Shown here piece by piece: positions 1-9,262 of a stretch of 64,000 bases of DNA (positions are counted from its first letter, which is position 1; each line of letters opens with the position of its first letter). Below the pieces are notes generated by a model that worked only from the letters and a program-made list of their open reading frames with translations, was not told the origin of the DNA and did no database searches. Made by a program: the position numbers and the translations under genes. The DNA is from Oscillospiraceae bacterium (lineage in GTDB: Bacteria; Bacillota; Clostridia; Oscillospirales; Oscillospiraceae): contig CACYXZ010000001.1 in NCBI GenBank assembly GCA_902778525.1, positions 4,522 to 68,521 of the forward strand, in the 5' to 3' direction.

Positions 1-1740
1 AAAAAGTCTGTTTTAGCGCTGCTGCTTGCCGCTTGCATGCTGCTTGCCATGATGGCCGGCTGCGGAAGCGCTGCAGAGCCGGCCGCTTCCGGCGCGGGCG
101 CAGAAGGCAGCGCCGCTGAGGCGGAAGCTCCCGCGGCGGAACCCGAAACCGAAGCTGAGGCCGAGCCTGCCGCTGAGGCGGAAACTCCTGCAGATTCTGC
201 AGTGGAGCCGGAAGAGCCCGCGGAGCCCGCGGAGGAGATCGTACTCCCGCCCTATGAGCCCGGCGACGACACTCCGGTGACCATGCTGTTCCAGTTCATG
301 CCCTTCTTCCAGAGCTGGTTCCCCGAAGGCTGGGGCTCTTCCCCCTGGTGGGATGAGTTTGAGAGCCGGACCAATACCACCTGGGAGCTCCGGGAGATCT
401 CCGGCATGGCATGGCAGGAGAACGTGAATCTTTTGTGCGCTTCCAACGATCTGCCCGACGTGGTATCCAACATCGGCAACGTCTACAGCGGCGGCCTGTC
501 CCAGGCCATCCGGGACGAGATGATCCTGGATCTGAGCCCCCTGGTGGAGGAGAACGCGCCGTACTATTACAACGCCATCTCTCAGGACGAGTACACCATG
601 CGGACCATCATCAACGACGACGGGGAGATGGGCGGCATGTACGCCGTCAACTCCAAGGTGTATCCCGTGACCAACGGCCTGTGGATCCGGAAAGACTGGC
701 TGGACGGCATCGGCATGGACGTACCCCGGACCACCGAGGACATGAAGAAGGTTCTTGCCGGTTTCCGGGATACCTACGGCGCCGACATCGGCCTTTATCA
801 GATGGTACACATGAATGAAAACAAGGTATTCACCGCCGTGGAAGGCGTGTGGAACGCGTTTGGCTCCACGGACTTCTATCTGGAAGGAGACGAGGTCCGG
901 TTCGGCCCTGTGCAGGACTACTATTTTGACTATCTGGCCTTCCTGAAGGATCTGGCTCAGGACGGTCTGTTCCTGACCTCTTCCATGACGGACCAGACCT
1001 CTATGACCCTGTTCGCCTCCGGCGGCATCGGCATCCAGGGCGATGACCCGGACAACCTGACGGCCAACATCGCGCTGCTCCCCGAAGAGGAGCAGGCCAA
1101 GGTGGAAATGGTTCCCATGGCTGCGCTGGGCGAACCCACAGAGCTGGGTCCGAGAGCCAGCATCGCCAACGGCGAGGGAAGCATCTCCATCTCCACCAAC
1201 TGCGAAGCGCCTGAGGCTGTGCTCCACGCCATCGACTATCTGTTCACCGAAGAAGGCGCGATCCTCAGCTCCTACGGCATTGAAGGCCTGACCTTCGAGT
1301 ACGAGGACGGACAGCCCCAGCTTACCGATCTGATTCTCAAGGATCCTGACGGCATGCCCGCAAGAGCCGCCATGGGGTACTTCTGCAACCCCGGCCTTCC
1401 CGGCATCATCGATCCCGACCGGAGCCACAAGTACTGGAGCGACGCCCAGAAATCCGGCTACGGCATCTGGGAATCCGCCTACACCGGATCCTCCATGACC
1501 TTCCCCAAGGACGCCCTGTCCCTGACCACGGAGGAGCAGGATTCCATCGCTGTGTACTACAACGACATGGTGACCTACGCCACGGAATGGGCCAACGGTG
1601 TGGTGTTCGGCGACACAGAACTCACCGACGCGGAAATCGAGACCTACCGCAAGACCATGACCGACTCCATGCACATCGAGGAGATCACCGGCGTGTATCA
1701 GGCGGCCTATGACCGCTTCCTGGCACGGGACGTCGGATAA
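1..1740 (+). CDS. ABC transporter extracellular solute-binding lipoprotein (large LplA-like family-1 SBP), 5' end cut by window edge
   Basis: Frame 1 is open from nt 1 (KKSVLALLLAACMLLAMMAGCGS): signal peptide plus lipobox MAGC, then a Pro/Glu/Ala-rich linker, then ~500 aa SBP-like body; stop TAA 1738-1740. Confidence 0.85.
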   Translation, partial: KKSVLALLLAACMLLAMMAGCGSAAEPAASGAGAEGSAAEAEAPAAEPETEAEAEPAAEAETPADSAVEPEEPAEPAEEIVLPPYEPGDDTPVTMLFQFMPFFQSWFPEGWGSSPWWDEFESRTNTTWELREISGMAWQENVNLLCASNDLPDVVSNIGNVYSGGLSQAIRDEMILDLSPLVEENAPYYYNAISQDEYTMRTIINDDGEMGGMYAVNSKVYPVTNGLWIRKDWLDGIGMDVPRTTEDMKKVLAGFRDTYGADIGLYQMVHMNENKVFTAVEGVWNAFGSTDFYLEGDEVRFGPVQDYYFDYLAFLKDLAQDGLFLTSSMTDQTSMTLFASGGIGIQGDDPDNLTANIALLPEEEQAKVEMVPMAALGEPTELGPRASIANGEGSISISTNCEAPEAVLHAIDYLFTEEGAILSSYGIEGLTFEYEDGQPQLTDLILKDPDGMPARAAMGYFCNPGLPGIIDPDRSHKYWSDAQKSGYGIWESAYTGSSMTFPKDALSLTTEEQDSIAVYYNDMVTYATEWANGVVFGDTELTDAEIETYRKTMTDSMHIEEITGVYQAAYDRFLARDVG

Positions 1741-1754
1741 TCGAAACCAGAATG

Positions 1755-1780
1755 TCGCCCTCCGGGAAACCGGAGGGCGA
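1755..1780 (+). terminator. GC-rich hairpin after SBP gene (weak or partial terminator)
   Basis: tcgccctccgg-gaaa-ccggagggcga perfect stem with GAAA loop; only a weak T tract follows. Confidence 0.4.
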
Positions 1781-1809
1781 TTGATAACCGTTGGTGATTC
1801 GCTTATAAT
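1781..1809 (+). promoter_or_regulatory. sigma-A-type promoter for the NTF2-like triple operon
   Basis: TTGATA (1781-1786), 17-nt spacer, TATAAT (1804-1809), 45 nt upstream of ATG 1854. Confidence 0.55.
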
Positions 1810-1853
1810 AGTAAAGAGGTAACAGCAAAAACATTGGAACAGGAGGAATCTCA

Positions 1854-2579
1854 ATGACCACAGAACTTCTGGTGGAACGCTGGGAGGACCAGCGGACCAT
1901 CAAGAATCTTATGGGAAAGTATGTGAACTGCCTGCTCCTGAACCGGCAGGGAGAGATCTTTGACGGGTTCTGGAGCGAAAGGCCCGACGTGAGCCTGACC
2001 TTCAACGACGGAAGCTATGTGGGCCGTCCGGCGGTCAGCGGGTACTACGCGGCGGCGGTGGAGCGGAACAAGCTCTCTGCAAAACTGCTGAAAAACCGTC
2101 TGCCGGAGAAACTGGGAGGACGTTCGGAGGAAGAACTCTACGGCATCGGTCCCTTCCAGGTCAAGCCCTTGACCGCCCCGGTGATCGAGGTGGCGGAGGA
2201 CGGCCAGACCGCCAAGGGCCTGTGGTTCAGCCTGGGATGCTCCGCCGAGGTCACAAGCCGCGGCCCGGAGGCCAACTGGACCTGGGGCTATTTCGCCGGG
2301 GACTTCGTCTATGAAGAGGACGACTGGAAGATCTGGCATCTGCAGTACCTGTGCGACGTGGATTCCCTCTGCGGACAGTCCTGGGGCAGGGAAGTGATCC
2401 CCTATCCGGAACTGCCGGAGTTTGCCGCCCTCAAGGATTTTTCGTATCCGCCCTATACGGTGGCGGAGAACGTCCGGGCGCTGTATTCCGCGGACCGGCC
2501 CCTGACCGCCGCGCCCCGGATCCCGGAGCCCTATGATACCTTCGCAAACACCTTCTCCTACGGAAAGGCGGTGGACTGA
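1854..2579 (+). CDS. NTF2/SnoaL-like domain protein, paralogue 1 of 3
   Basis: RBS aggagg 7 nt before ATG; IKNLMGKYV...AEDGQTAKGLWF...DWKIWHLQY pattern typical of SnoaL_4/NTF2-like fold; C-terminal PYDTFANTFSYG tail shared with the next two ORFs. Confidence 0.7.
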   Translation: MTTELLVERWEDQRTIKNLMGKYVNCLLLNRQGEIFDGFWSERPDVSLTFNDGSYVGRPAVSGYYAAAVERNKLSAKLLKNRLPEKLGGRSEEELYGIGPFQVKPLTAPVIEVAEDGQTAKGLWFSLGCSAEVTSRGPEANWTWGYFAGDFVYEEDDWKIWHLQYLCDVDSLCGQSWGREVIPYPELPEFAALKDFSYPPYTVAENVRALYSADRPLTAAPRIPEPYDTFANTFSYGKAVD

Positions 2580-3302
2580 ATGAAAGCGCCGAAATACACC
2601 GATGAAGAGCTGATCGCCCGCGTCTGGGACGTGGAGGAAATCAAAAAAGTCTGCGCCAAACGGGTCTACTATGTGGCAAACGACTGGCGGAAAAAGGAGC
2701 TGGAGGACCTGTGGGTCTCCGGCGAGGCGGCGAAAAAGACCGCCTCCTTCGGACGGAACTGGGGTTATTATGTGGGCATGGATGCCATCGAGGATTATTA
2801 TGTAAACCAACATGACAAAAAGATCGAAGCCCTCCCCGGCAAAAGCCACGGAGACGGCTGCCTGTTCCTGCATCCCGCCTCCACGGGCCTGGTCTATGAA
2901 GCCTATGACGGAAAAACAGCCCGGGGCCTGTGGTACTGCATCTCCCAGGAGACCCTGCCGGTCAGCGAAAGCGAGGCGGACGCCCGGTGGTACATGGAAA
3001 AGCTGGCCATTGATTTCCTGAAAGAGGACGGGAAGTGGAAGATCTGGCATCTGGTCATCGCCACAGACCTGCAGAGTGAGGCGGGACAGGACTATATGAA
3101 GCAGAAGGTCTATCTGCCCGACGAGGAGAACCCGGCTTTTGTGGAGTTCGGTACGCCGACGATCCCCATGCTGACCCATAACGCCATGTACAACTGGCTG
3201 GACAACTATCCCGCGCCGCCGGTGCCATACCGGACCTTTGACGAGGACAACAGCTACGGTCCTGAAGGACACCCGGACTACATCGCAGAGGAGGACAGAT
3301 AA
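2580..3302 (+). CDS. NTF2/SnoaL-like domain protein, paralogue 2 of 3
   Basis: Starts 1 nt after previous stop; YDGKTARGLWY, KWKIWHLVI, PYRTFDEDNSYGP are colinear with paralogues 1 and 3. Confidence 0.7.
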   Translation: MKAPKYTDEELIARVWDVEEIKKVCAKRVYYVANDWRKKELEDLWVSGEAAKKTASFGRNWGYYVGMDAIEDYYVNQHDKKIEALPGKSHGDGCLFLHPASTGLVYEAYDGKTARGLWYCISQETLPVSESEADARWYMEKLAIDFLKEDGKWKIWHLVIATDLQSEAGQDYMKQKVYLPDEENPAFVEFGTPTIPMLTHNAMYNWLDNYPAPPVPYRTFDEDNSYGPEGHPDYIAEEDR

Positions 3303-3303
3303 G

Positions 3304-4080
3304 ATGAGAAACAAGCATTTGGACCTCCATCAGCGCATTGTCAATGCCGCCGCCTCCCAGGAGGTGGAGAATGTCAAGGCCCAGCACACCTATTATCACG
3401 GCAGGGCGGACGCCTACGGCGAATGGCACAACATCTGGAGCCATGATCCCTGGTGCTCCTGGGGCCATATCTTCGGCCGGATGCGGGGCTGGGACCAGAT
3501 CTGGGCAGGTTCCGTCACCCATTACGACAATATGGCCATGGAGCTTCAGCTCAAGAACCAGAAGATCTATCCGGAGCTGGGCGGACTGGATCCCCGCCCT
3601 CTGATGGAGGCCTCGGTCCATACGCTCTTCACCGATGTGATCGAGGTGGCCGACGACGGAAAGTCCGCCCGGGGATCCTTTATCACCCCCGGCGTGATCT
3701 TTTGCCGTCTGAACCGCCACCAGTACCCCTACTGCAACGTGCTGTGGGAGCGCTACGGCTCGGATTTCGTGCTGGAATACGGCAAGTGGAAATACCTGCA
3801 CGAGCAGGTGTGCCCGGATATTATGGGCAAGCTGGACATGACCAATTTCGCCCATGAGGATTTTGAACGGCTCACCGCCCCCCAGGAGAAGGGCATCGGC
3901 CCCGTGACGCTGGGAGAGGACCCGGACGTGACGGACCCCGGTCCGCTGCACCTGCCCTATTCCGTGATCATGCCGCCGCAGAATACGGTGCCCTGGCCGG
4001 AGCCCTACCGGACGCTGGACAATGACAACAGCTACTGCCCGGTCAAGACCTTTGCGGAGCTTCAGGCGGAAAAAGGATAA
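3304..4080 (+). CDS. NTF2/SnoaL-like domain protein, paralogue 3 of 3
   Basis: Internal ATG 3304 (MRNKHL) preferred over ORF start 3238: gaggagg RBS upstream and no overlap with paralogue 2; ADDGKSARGSF, KWKYLHEQV, PYRTLDNDNSYCP. Confidence 0.7.
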   Translation: MRNKHLDLHQRIVNAAASQEVENVKAQHTYYHGRADAYGEWHNIWSHDPWCSWGHIFGRMRGWDQIWAGSVTHYDNMAMELQLKNQKIYPELGGLDPRPLMEASVHTLFTDVIEVADDGKSARGSFITPGVIFCRLNRHQYPYCNVLWERYGSDFVLEYGKWKYLHEQVCPDIMGKLDMTNFAHEDFERLTAPQEKGIGPVTLGEDPDVTDPGPLHLPYSVIMPPQNTVPWPEPYRTLDNDNSYCPVKTFAELQAEKG

Positions 4081-4088
4081 AACAAAAA

Positions 4089-4125
4089 CGCACCGGAACC
4101 TGCAGGTTCCGGTGCGGACTTTTTT
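4089..4125. terminator. Rho-independent terminator (bidirectional) between NTF2 operon and HxlR genes
   Basis: 12-bp perfect stem cgcaccggaacc-tgca-ggttccggtgcg, then TTTTTT (4120-4125); A-run on the other side. Confidence 0.75.
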
Positions 4126-4131
4126 CGATCT

Positions 4132-4419
4132 CTACTTCGGCAGGGCGGAAAGAATCTCCATCAGTTCCCGGCCCTTTTCGCTGATCTGATACTCCACTTT
4201 CGGAGGGAAACAGACATGTTTCCGCCGGGTAATCAGCCCCATGGAGAGGAGCTCCTGAAGCTGGGATGCCAGAACGCCCCGGGAGAGGCCGTCCAGCGCA
4301 TTCTGAATGTCGCCAAAGCGTTTGGCTGCTGCAGTGGTGTTCAGGATCGGAAGCATCCACCGGCTGGACAGGACCCGCCGGCAGGAGGAAAATGCGGATG
4401 TTGGGTACAATCGGCTCAC
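4132..4419 (-). CDS. HxlR-family winged-helix transcriptional regulator (short)
   Basis: RFGDIQNALDGLSRGVLASQLQELLSMGLITRR...KVEYQISEKG matches the HxlR HTH/wing pattern; GTG start, exact start uncertain. Confidence 0.75.
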   Translation of the reverse strand: MSRLYPTSAFSSCRRVLSSRWMLPILNTTAAAKRFGDIQNALDGLSRGVLASQLQELLSMGLITRRKHVCFPPKVEYQISEKGRELMEILSALPK

Positions 4420-4426
4420 GCTCCCT

Positions 4427-4759
4427 TCAAACGGCGGCTTCCCGCTGCCAGCGAAGGTGCCAGGCCTCCACAGCGGTGAGGAAAGGGATATATTGTTCTC
4501 CGGCCTCCGTCAGCCGGTACTCCACCACCTTGGGCGGCTTGGAGGAGTGGTCCACCCGACGGACCAGGCCGTCCCGCTCCAATTCTCTGAGCTGCCGGGT
4601 CAGGACGTTCGGCGCCGCTTCGGGAAAGGATTTCACCAGCTCATTCCACCGGGCCGGCGAAGAAGCCAGACAGGAGAGAAGCTCCAGCTTCCATTTCCCC
4701 GTCAGAGGCTCCGCCGCGGTGAGGATCCGTTCCGCGTCACAGGTGGCCATATCCGTCAC
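4427..4759 (-). CDS. HxlR-family winged-helix transcriptional regulator
   Basis: LTGKWKLELLSCL...RWNELVKSFPEAAPNVLTRQLRELERDGLVRR...VVEYRLTEAG is the canonical HxlR signature. Confidence 0.85.
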   Translation of the reverse strand: MTDMATCDAERILTAAEPLTGKWKLELLSCLASSPARWNELVKSFPEAAPNVLTRQLRELERDGLVRRVDHSSKPPKVVEYRLTEAGEQYIPFLTAVEAWHLRWQREAAV

Positions 4760-4936
4760 TTCCTTTCTCCCCTATTATACAGGCCCGGCGGGGCACGGGG
4801 ACTTTTCAATCTCTCCAAAACCTTCTCAAAACACACGGAAAGTTCAGGAAAGCATTGAAACCAAGGGGAAAGGCCCCATTGTCATGGAAATGTTGATTTT
4901 GATAACCGAAGAATGGTCCAAATCCCGGAGAAACCC

Positions 4937-4967
4937 TTGACAATCTCCCGCGATTGTCGTTTATTAT
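4937..4967 (+). promoter_or_regulatory. Candidate yhfC promoter overlapped by a perfect inverted repeat (candidate HxlR operator)
   Basis: TTGACA 4937-4942; GACAATC-tcccgc-GATTGTC (4939-4958) is a perfect 7-6-7 palindrome; tttattat -10-like element 4960-4967. Confidence 0.45.
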
Positions 4968-5058
4968 GAGGTCAGAAGGACCGGTCAGTTCCAAAGGCGG
5001 AATCCCGGAATGACGGACAGTCCAAATCCGGCGGAACGGAATGAAAGGAGACAGTGTT

Positions 5059-5859
5059 ATGAGCGGTACAGTTCCATCGTTAACCATCGTTTGTATGGCA
5101 ATATCCTGTGCGGTCAGCTTTTGTCTGCCGGTGATCCTGCTGCTTTATTTCCGGAAGAAGAAAGGGGCCGATTTCCTGCCGTTTTTCATCGGCTGTGCCG
5201 TCATGCTGGTGTTTGCGCTGATTCTGGAGGCTGCGGTACATACGGTGGTGCTGGCCACGCCGGCCGGGGCGTTTATCCAGGATCATTTGTGGCTTTATGC
5301 CCTGTATGGCGGTTTCATGGCAGGCCTGTTTGAGGAGACGGGAAGGTGGATCGCGTTCCGGACCGTCCTGAAGCACAGGCAGGACAAGGACGCAAACGCG
5401 CTGATGTACGGCGCCGGTCACGGCGGATTCGAGGCGGCGGCGATCGTCGGTGTTGCAATGATCAACAACCTGGTCTGGTCGGTGATGATCAACAGCGGAA
5501 ACAGCGCGGCCGTGACGGACTCTCTGACCGGCGACACGCTGGCCCAGGTTCAGCAGTCCATGCAGACGCTGGTTTCCACGCCCTCCTACCAGTTCCTGCT
5601 GGGCGGCGTGGAGCGGATCTTTGCCGTGGCGATCCAGATCTCCCTGTCCGTGCTGGTCTGGTTTTCGGTCAGGAGGCCGGGAAGAGGATACCTCTATCCG
5701 GCGGCGATCCTGCTCCATCTGATCGTGGATGCGGTGACCGTGATCCTTTCCGGAATGGGGATATCCACAATTCTGCTGGAGGCGGTAATCGGATGCCTTG
5801 CAGTGCTCATCGCACTGCTGGCAAAGGGAATCTGGAAGAGATTCACAGCTGAATCATGA
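5059..5859 (+). CDS. YhfC-family (CPBP-like) intramembrane metalloprotease
   Basis: Multi-TM protein with FEETGRW, GAGHGGFEA and HLIVD motifs; ATG 5059 preferred over 5041 because aaaggag lies 8 nt upstream. Confidence 0.8.
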   Translation: MSGTVPSLTIVCMAISCAVSFCLPVILLLYFRKKKGADFLPFFIGCAVMLVFALILEAAVHTVVLATPAGAFIQDHLWLYALYGGFMAGLFEETGRWIAFRTVLKHRQDKDANALMYGAGHGGFEAAAIVGVAMINNLVWSVMINSGNSAAVTDSLTGDTLAQVQQSMQTLVSTPSYQFLLGGVERIFAVAIQISLSVLVWFSVRRPGRGYLYPAAILLHLIVDAVTVILSGMGISTILLEAVIGCLAVLIALLAKGIWKRFTAES

Positions 5860-5870
5860 CAATCAGAAAG

Positions 5871-5905
5871 CGCCGCGGAATGATTTCATTCCGCGGCGCG
5901 CTTTA
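5871..5905. terminator. Bidirectional terminator between yhfC-like and murA
   Basis: gcgccgcggaatga / tcattccgcggcgc inverted repeat between convergent genes. Confidence 0.7.
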
Positions 5906-5926
5906 TACTCGATGCAACAGCCAGGA

Positions 5927-7219
5927 TCACCCGGCGGTAATCACCGTCAGGGGCGGTTCGGGCGTCTCCACCCGCTGGAAATCGGCGCCCAGATCCCGGA
6001 GCTTTTCCACAATGTTTTCATAACCCCGTTCCACATATTTGATCTCACTGATGGTGGTGGTGCCCTCGGCCGCAAGGCCGGCAATGACCATGGCGGCGCC
6101 GGCCCGGAGATCGCAGGCCTTGACAGGGCAGCCGCGCAGTTTGTCTACGCCTTCGATCACAGCTACTTTGCCGTCGACCTGGACGTTGGCGCCCATACGG
6201 CGCAGCTCACCAATGTAGCGGAACCGGTTGTCCCAGACGCTTTCGGTGATCATGCTGGTTCCGTTCGCCACGGTCATGCACACCGCGATCTGCGGCTGCA
6301 TATCGGTGGGGAAGCCGGGGTATGGATTGGTTTTGACCTTAGTTTTATTGAGGTGTCCGTCGCTCTCCACCAGCACGGCATCGCCTTCGTTGGTGATTTT
6401 GACGCCCATTTCCCGCAGCTTGGAGGAGATGCAGTCCAGATGCTTGGGGATCACGTTCTGGATCCGGACCTTTCCGCCGGCGGCGGCCACAGCGGCCATA
6501 TAGGTGCCCGCCTCGATCTGATCGGGAATGATGGAGTAGTGTCCGCCCCGCAGACGTTTGACGCCGCGGACTTTGATCACGTCGGTGCCGGCGCCGGTGA
6601 TGTTGGCGCCCATGGCGTTGAGGAAGTTGGCCAAATCCACGATATGGGGCTCTTTGGCGGCGGGCTCGATGATCGTCAGACCCTCAGCCAGCACCGCGGC
6701 GATCATGATGTTCATGGTCGCGCCCACGGAGACGATATCCAGAGATACCCGGCCGCCGTGCAGCGGGGCCTGGGTGGTGGCAACGATGTCGCCGTTGATG
6801 GTCTCCACGTTGGCGCCCATGATGTTGAAGCCCTTGATGTGCTGGTCGATGGGCCGGACGCCGAAATCACAGCCGCCGGGCATGGCGACGGTGGCCTTGC
6901 CGAAACGGCCCAGCAGCGCGCCCACCAGATAATAGGAGGCGCGGATCTTACAGGCCAGCTCGTGGGGGGCGGAGGTGGTCCGGACCGTGGAACAGTCCAG
7001 TTCAAAGGTGGTCTTGTTGATCATGCGTACCGAAGCGCCCATCCGGGTGAGTATGTCAAGGAACAGCTGAATATCGGAGATGTCCGGAACGTTTTCGATC
7101 CGGCATACGCCGTCCACCAGAAGCGCCGCCGGCAGAATGCCGACCGCGGCGTTTTTCGCGCCGCTGATATTTACGGTCCCGTAAAGCGGCTTCCCGCCAT
7201 GAATCACATATTGTGCCAT
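5927..7219 (-). CDS. murA: UDP-N-acetylglucosamine 1-carboxyvinyltransferase
   Basis: MAQYVIHGGKPLYGTVNISGAKNAAVGILPAALL; catalytic loop MPGGCDFGVRPIDQH; ATG 7219 has a gagggtg RBS (ORF start 7234 rejected). Confidence 0.95.
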   Translation of the reverse strand: MAQYVIHGGKPLYGTVNISGAKNAAVGILPAALLVDGVCRIENVPDISDIQLFLDILTRMGASVRMINKTTFELDCSTVRTTSAPHELACKIRASYYLVGALLGRFGKATVAMPGGCDFGVRPIDQHIKGFNIMGANVETINGDIVATTQAPLHGGRVSLDIVSVGATMNIMIAAVLAEGLTIIEPAAKEPHIVDLANFLNAMGANITGAGTDVIKVRGVKRLRGGHYSIIPDQIEAGTYMAAVAAAGGKVRIQNVIPKHLDCISSKLREMGVKITNEGDAVLVESDGHLNKTKVKTNPYPGFPTDMQPQIAVCMTVANGTSMITESVWDNRFRYIGELRRMGANVQVDGKVAVIEGVDKLRGCPVKACDLRAGAAMVIAGLAAEGTTTISEIKYVERGYENIVEKLRDLGADFQRVETPEPPLTVITAG

Positions 7220-7338
7220 ATTGCACCCTCTCAATCATTTCTTCTTGTTCTATAGTATGCCGCGCGCGTGCGGGTTGTATCAACAAAAAACGCGCCGCAG
7301 CCGGAAAATTGATTTACATAATCCTCACAGGCGTTGTT

Positions 7339-7367
7339 AGTATAGCACATTCCACCTGCATTGTAAA
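7339..7367 (-). promoter_or_regulatory. Candidate murA promoter with extended -10
   Basis: Minus strand: TTTACA, 17 nt, (TGc)TATACT. Confidence 0.5.
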
Positions 7368-7379
7368 GAATTGGCCTGC

Positions 7380-7419
7380 AAAAAAAGCACCGGATCTCTT
7401 TCGAAATCCGGTGTTTTTT
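7380..7419 (-). terminator. Rho-independent terminator after the DUF2207 gene
   Basis: caccggat...atccggtg stem flanked by an A7 run and a T6 run. Confidence 0.75.
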
Positions 7420-7457
7420 CATGAAATGCCGCAAAAATATCGGACAAATGGGAAAAA

Positions 7458-9125
7458 TTACCGAAATGCTTCCCGCAGTTGATGCAGGAAAGGCTTCAAA
7501 TCCCGGCACAGGGCTTCGGCAGAGCGGGTCGCCCGGGAAGGAAGGTCCAGCCAGTCCGGTACGGGGATGGGCAGCCGCTCAAACCGCCGGGCAAACTGGA
7601 GATGAACGTTCATGGCAAGGGCCCGGGGAAGCTGCTGCTCAAAGAATCTGGTGTTGCGGCTCTGATAGTATTGGAGCCGGCTCCAGGCGATCTCCCGATA
7701 GACGGTGCGGCACCCCTGGGCCTGGGAAAGCGCCTCGATGCCGCGCTTGGAGCGGCGGGGACCCACGGAGGTGACAACGGCGGAGAACAGACAGGCCCCC
7801 AGACCGGCAAAGAGCTCCGGCAGCGCTCCGGCGAGCAGGGAGAGGGGAAAGAGGGCGACCATGATGACAAAACAGACGACGGAGATCAGATCATAATTCT
7901 GAAGAACCGCGTAGCGGCTGACGGCGTCGTGCAGGTAAATGCTGTAGAAGAAGCCTGCGACGCCTGCCAGAATGGCGAGCACCAGGAACCCGCCGCCGTC
8001 AGGGAGCAGCTGGGAGACCAGATGTCCGATGGCCACAGCCAGCAGGATACGGCCGGGAATCTGGATCAGGACCGGATTGCCGCCGCTGCGGTCAAATATC
8101 ACCCGGTAGAGGGAGCGCCGGGAAGCGGCGCGAAACTGGGCTGCCGCCCGTGAAAACCGGCCGGGGGTGGCGGCAACGCGGAGTTTGTTTCCGAAAATAC
8201 TGTAGAACAGCCGCTGCTCCGCCGCGCTGCGCTCCGATCCCATCTCCATGGTCCGGGTCAGGAGCACGACGCCCTGACGGGAACGGGAGAGAGCAAGGTA
8301 TCCCAGCGAAGCCCATTCCAGAAGCATGGCCGTCACGTCGCAGGTGCTGCCGTCCAGCGTCATGGGCATCTGGCAGGGCAGGATCCCCTCCGGGATCAGC
8401 AGGCGGGGGAGCCCCGGAGACCGGGGAAACCAGAGCTTGGTCCGCCAGTAGATGATCATCAGCAGCCAGATCAGCAGCATGACCACCGTCAGAATGTTCA
8501 CCGCCACCACGGGGAGCTTGGAACTGCGCACGCGGAAATAGCCGTTGGGCAGCGTCATGGACGCGGACAGGGAATCGTAGGCCATCAGCGAGGAGACGGA
8601 ACCGCCGAAGCTGGTTTCCGTCACGGTAAGTCCCGCCTCGGATTGGGTAAGCAGGCTGTGATAGCCGCTGACGATCTCGGGCTCAGCGTCAAAGGCGGCG
8701 GGCATCAGCACCTGAAAGGAGCAGGAACCCACATCCTTTGCCCAGCGGGAGGACAGCAGGCCCAGAGAGAAGGCGTCGGCCTCCTCGTCGCCGTCGTCCC
8801 GGTAAGGGACGGTGTACCGGACCAGAAACGTCACAGTGCCAAGGAAGCCATCACGGCGCTTTATGATCACGTCTGTCCCCTGATCGGTTTCCTCCATGGA
8901 AAACCGGAAATCGCTGACGGAGACTTTGGATACCTGCGTCTCCGGCAGAGGGATGGCGATCTGTCCGGTGGTGGTGTCAAAGGAGAGCTGATACGTCGCA
9001 GAGACCTGAGCCTGTCCGTTCCCGGAAACCTCGGCGGTGACAGCCACGCTGTCCACCGAATAATCCGCCAAAACGGGGATGGTCAGAAGGCATATGAAAA
9101 ACAGGGAAAAAAAGATTTTTTTCAT
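7458..9125 (-). CDS. DUF2207-family membrane protein
   Basis: Signal peptide MKKIFFSLFFICLLTIPVLA, beta-rich extracytoplasmic N domain, several C-terminal TM helices; ATG 9125 (MKKIFF) preferred over 9182. Confidence 0.75.
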   Translation of the reverse strand: MKKIFFSLFFICLLTIPVLADYSVDSVAVTAEVSGNGQAQVSATYQLSFDTTTGQIAIPLPETQVSKVSVSDFRFSMEETDQGTDVIIKRRDGFLGTVTFLVRYTVPYRDDGDEEADAFSLGLLSSRWAKDVGSCSFQVLMPAAFDAEPEIVSGYHSLLTQSEAGLTVTETSFGGSVSSLMAYDSLSASMTLPNGYFRVRSSKLPVVAVNILTVVMLLIWLLMIIYWRTKLWFPRSPGLPRLLIPEGILPCQMPMTLDGSTCDVTAMLLEWASLGYLALSRSRQGVVLLTRTMEMGSERSAAEQRLFYSIFGNKLRVAATPGRFSRAAAQFRAASRRSLYRVIFDRSGGNPVLIQIPGRILLAVAIGHLVSQLLPDGGGFLVLAILAGVAGFFYSIYLHDAVSRYAVLQNYDLISVVCFVIMVALFPLSLLAGALPELFAGLGACLFSAVVTSVGPRRSKRGIEALSQAQGCRTVYREIAWSRLQYYQSRNTRFFEQQLPRALAMNVHLQFARRFERLPIPVPDWLDLPSRATRSAEALCRDLKPFLHQLREAFR

Positions 9126-9262
9126 CTGTCTCACTCCAAATAAAAGTGGTATAAGAATATCATATTTCGCGGACAAATACAAGAAAACCCGGGAAAATTC
9201 CGAAATACAGGGTCTCGATCAGAAAAAAACAGCAGATTTTGTGGTTTTGACAATGGTTTCTT

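Noticed and set aside
13-1854. 613-aa minus-strand ORF covering the whole SBP gene
   Set aside because: It is antisense to a clearly homologous lipoprotein SBP. The translation is dominated by Arg/Gly/His/Pro/Val runs with no recognisable motif, RBS or promoter. This is the typical long shadow ORF of GC-rich coding DNA.
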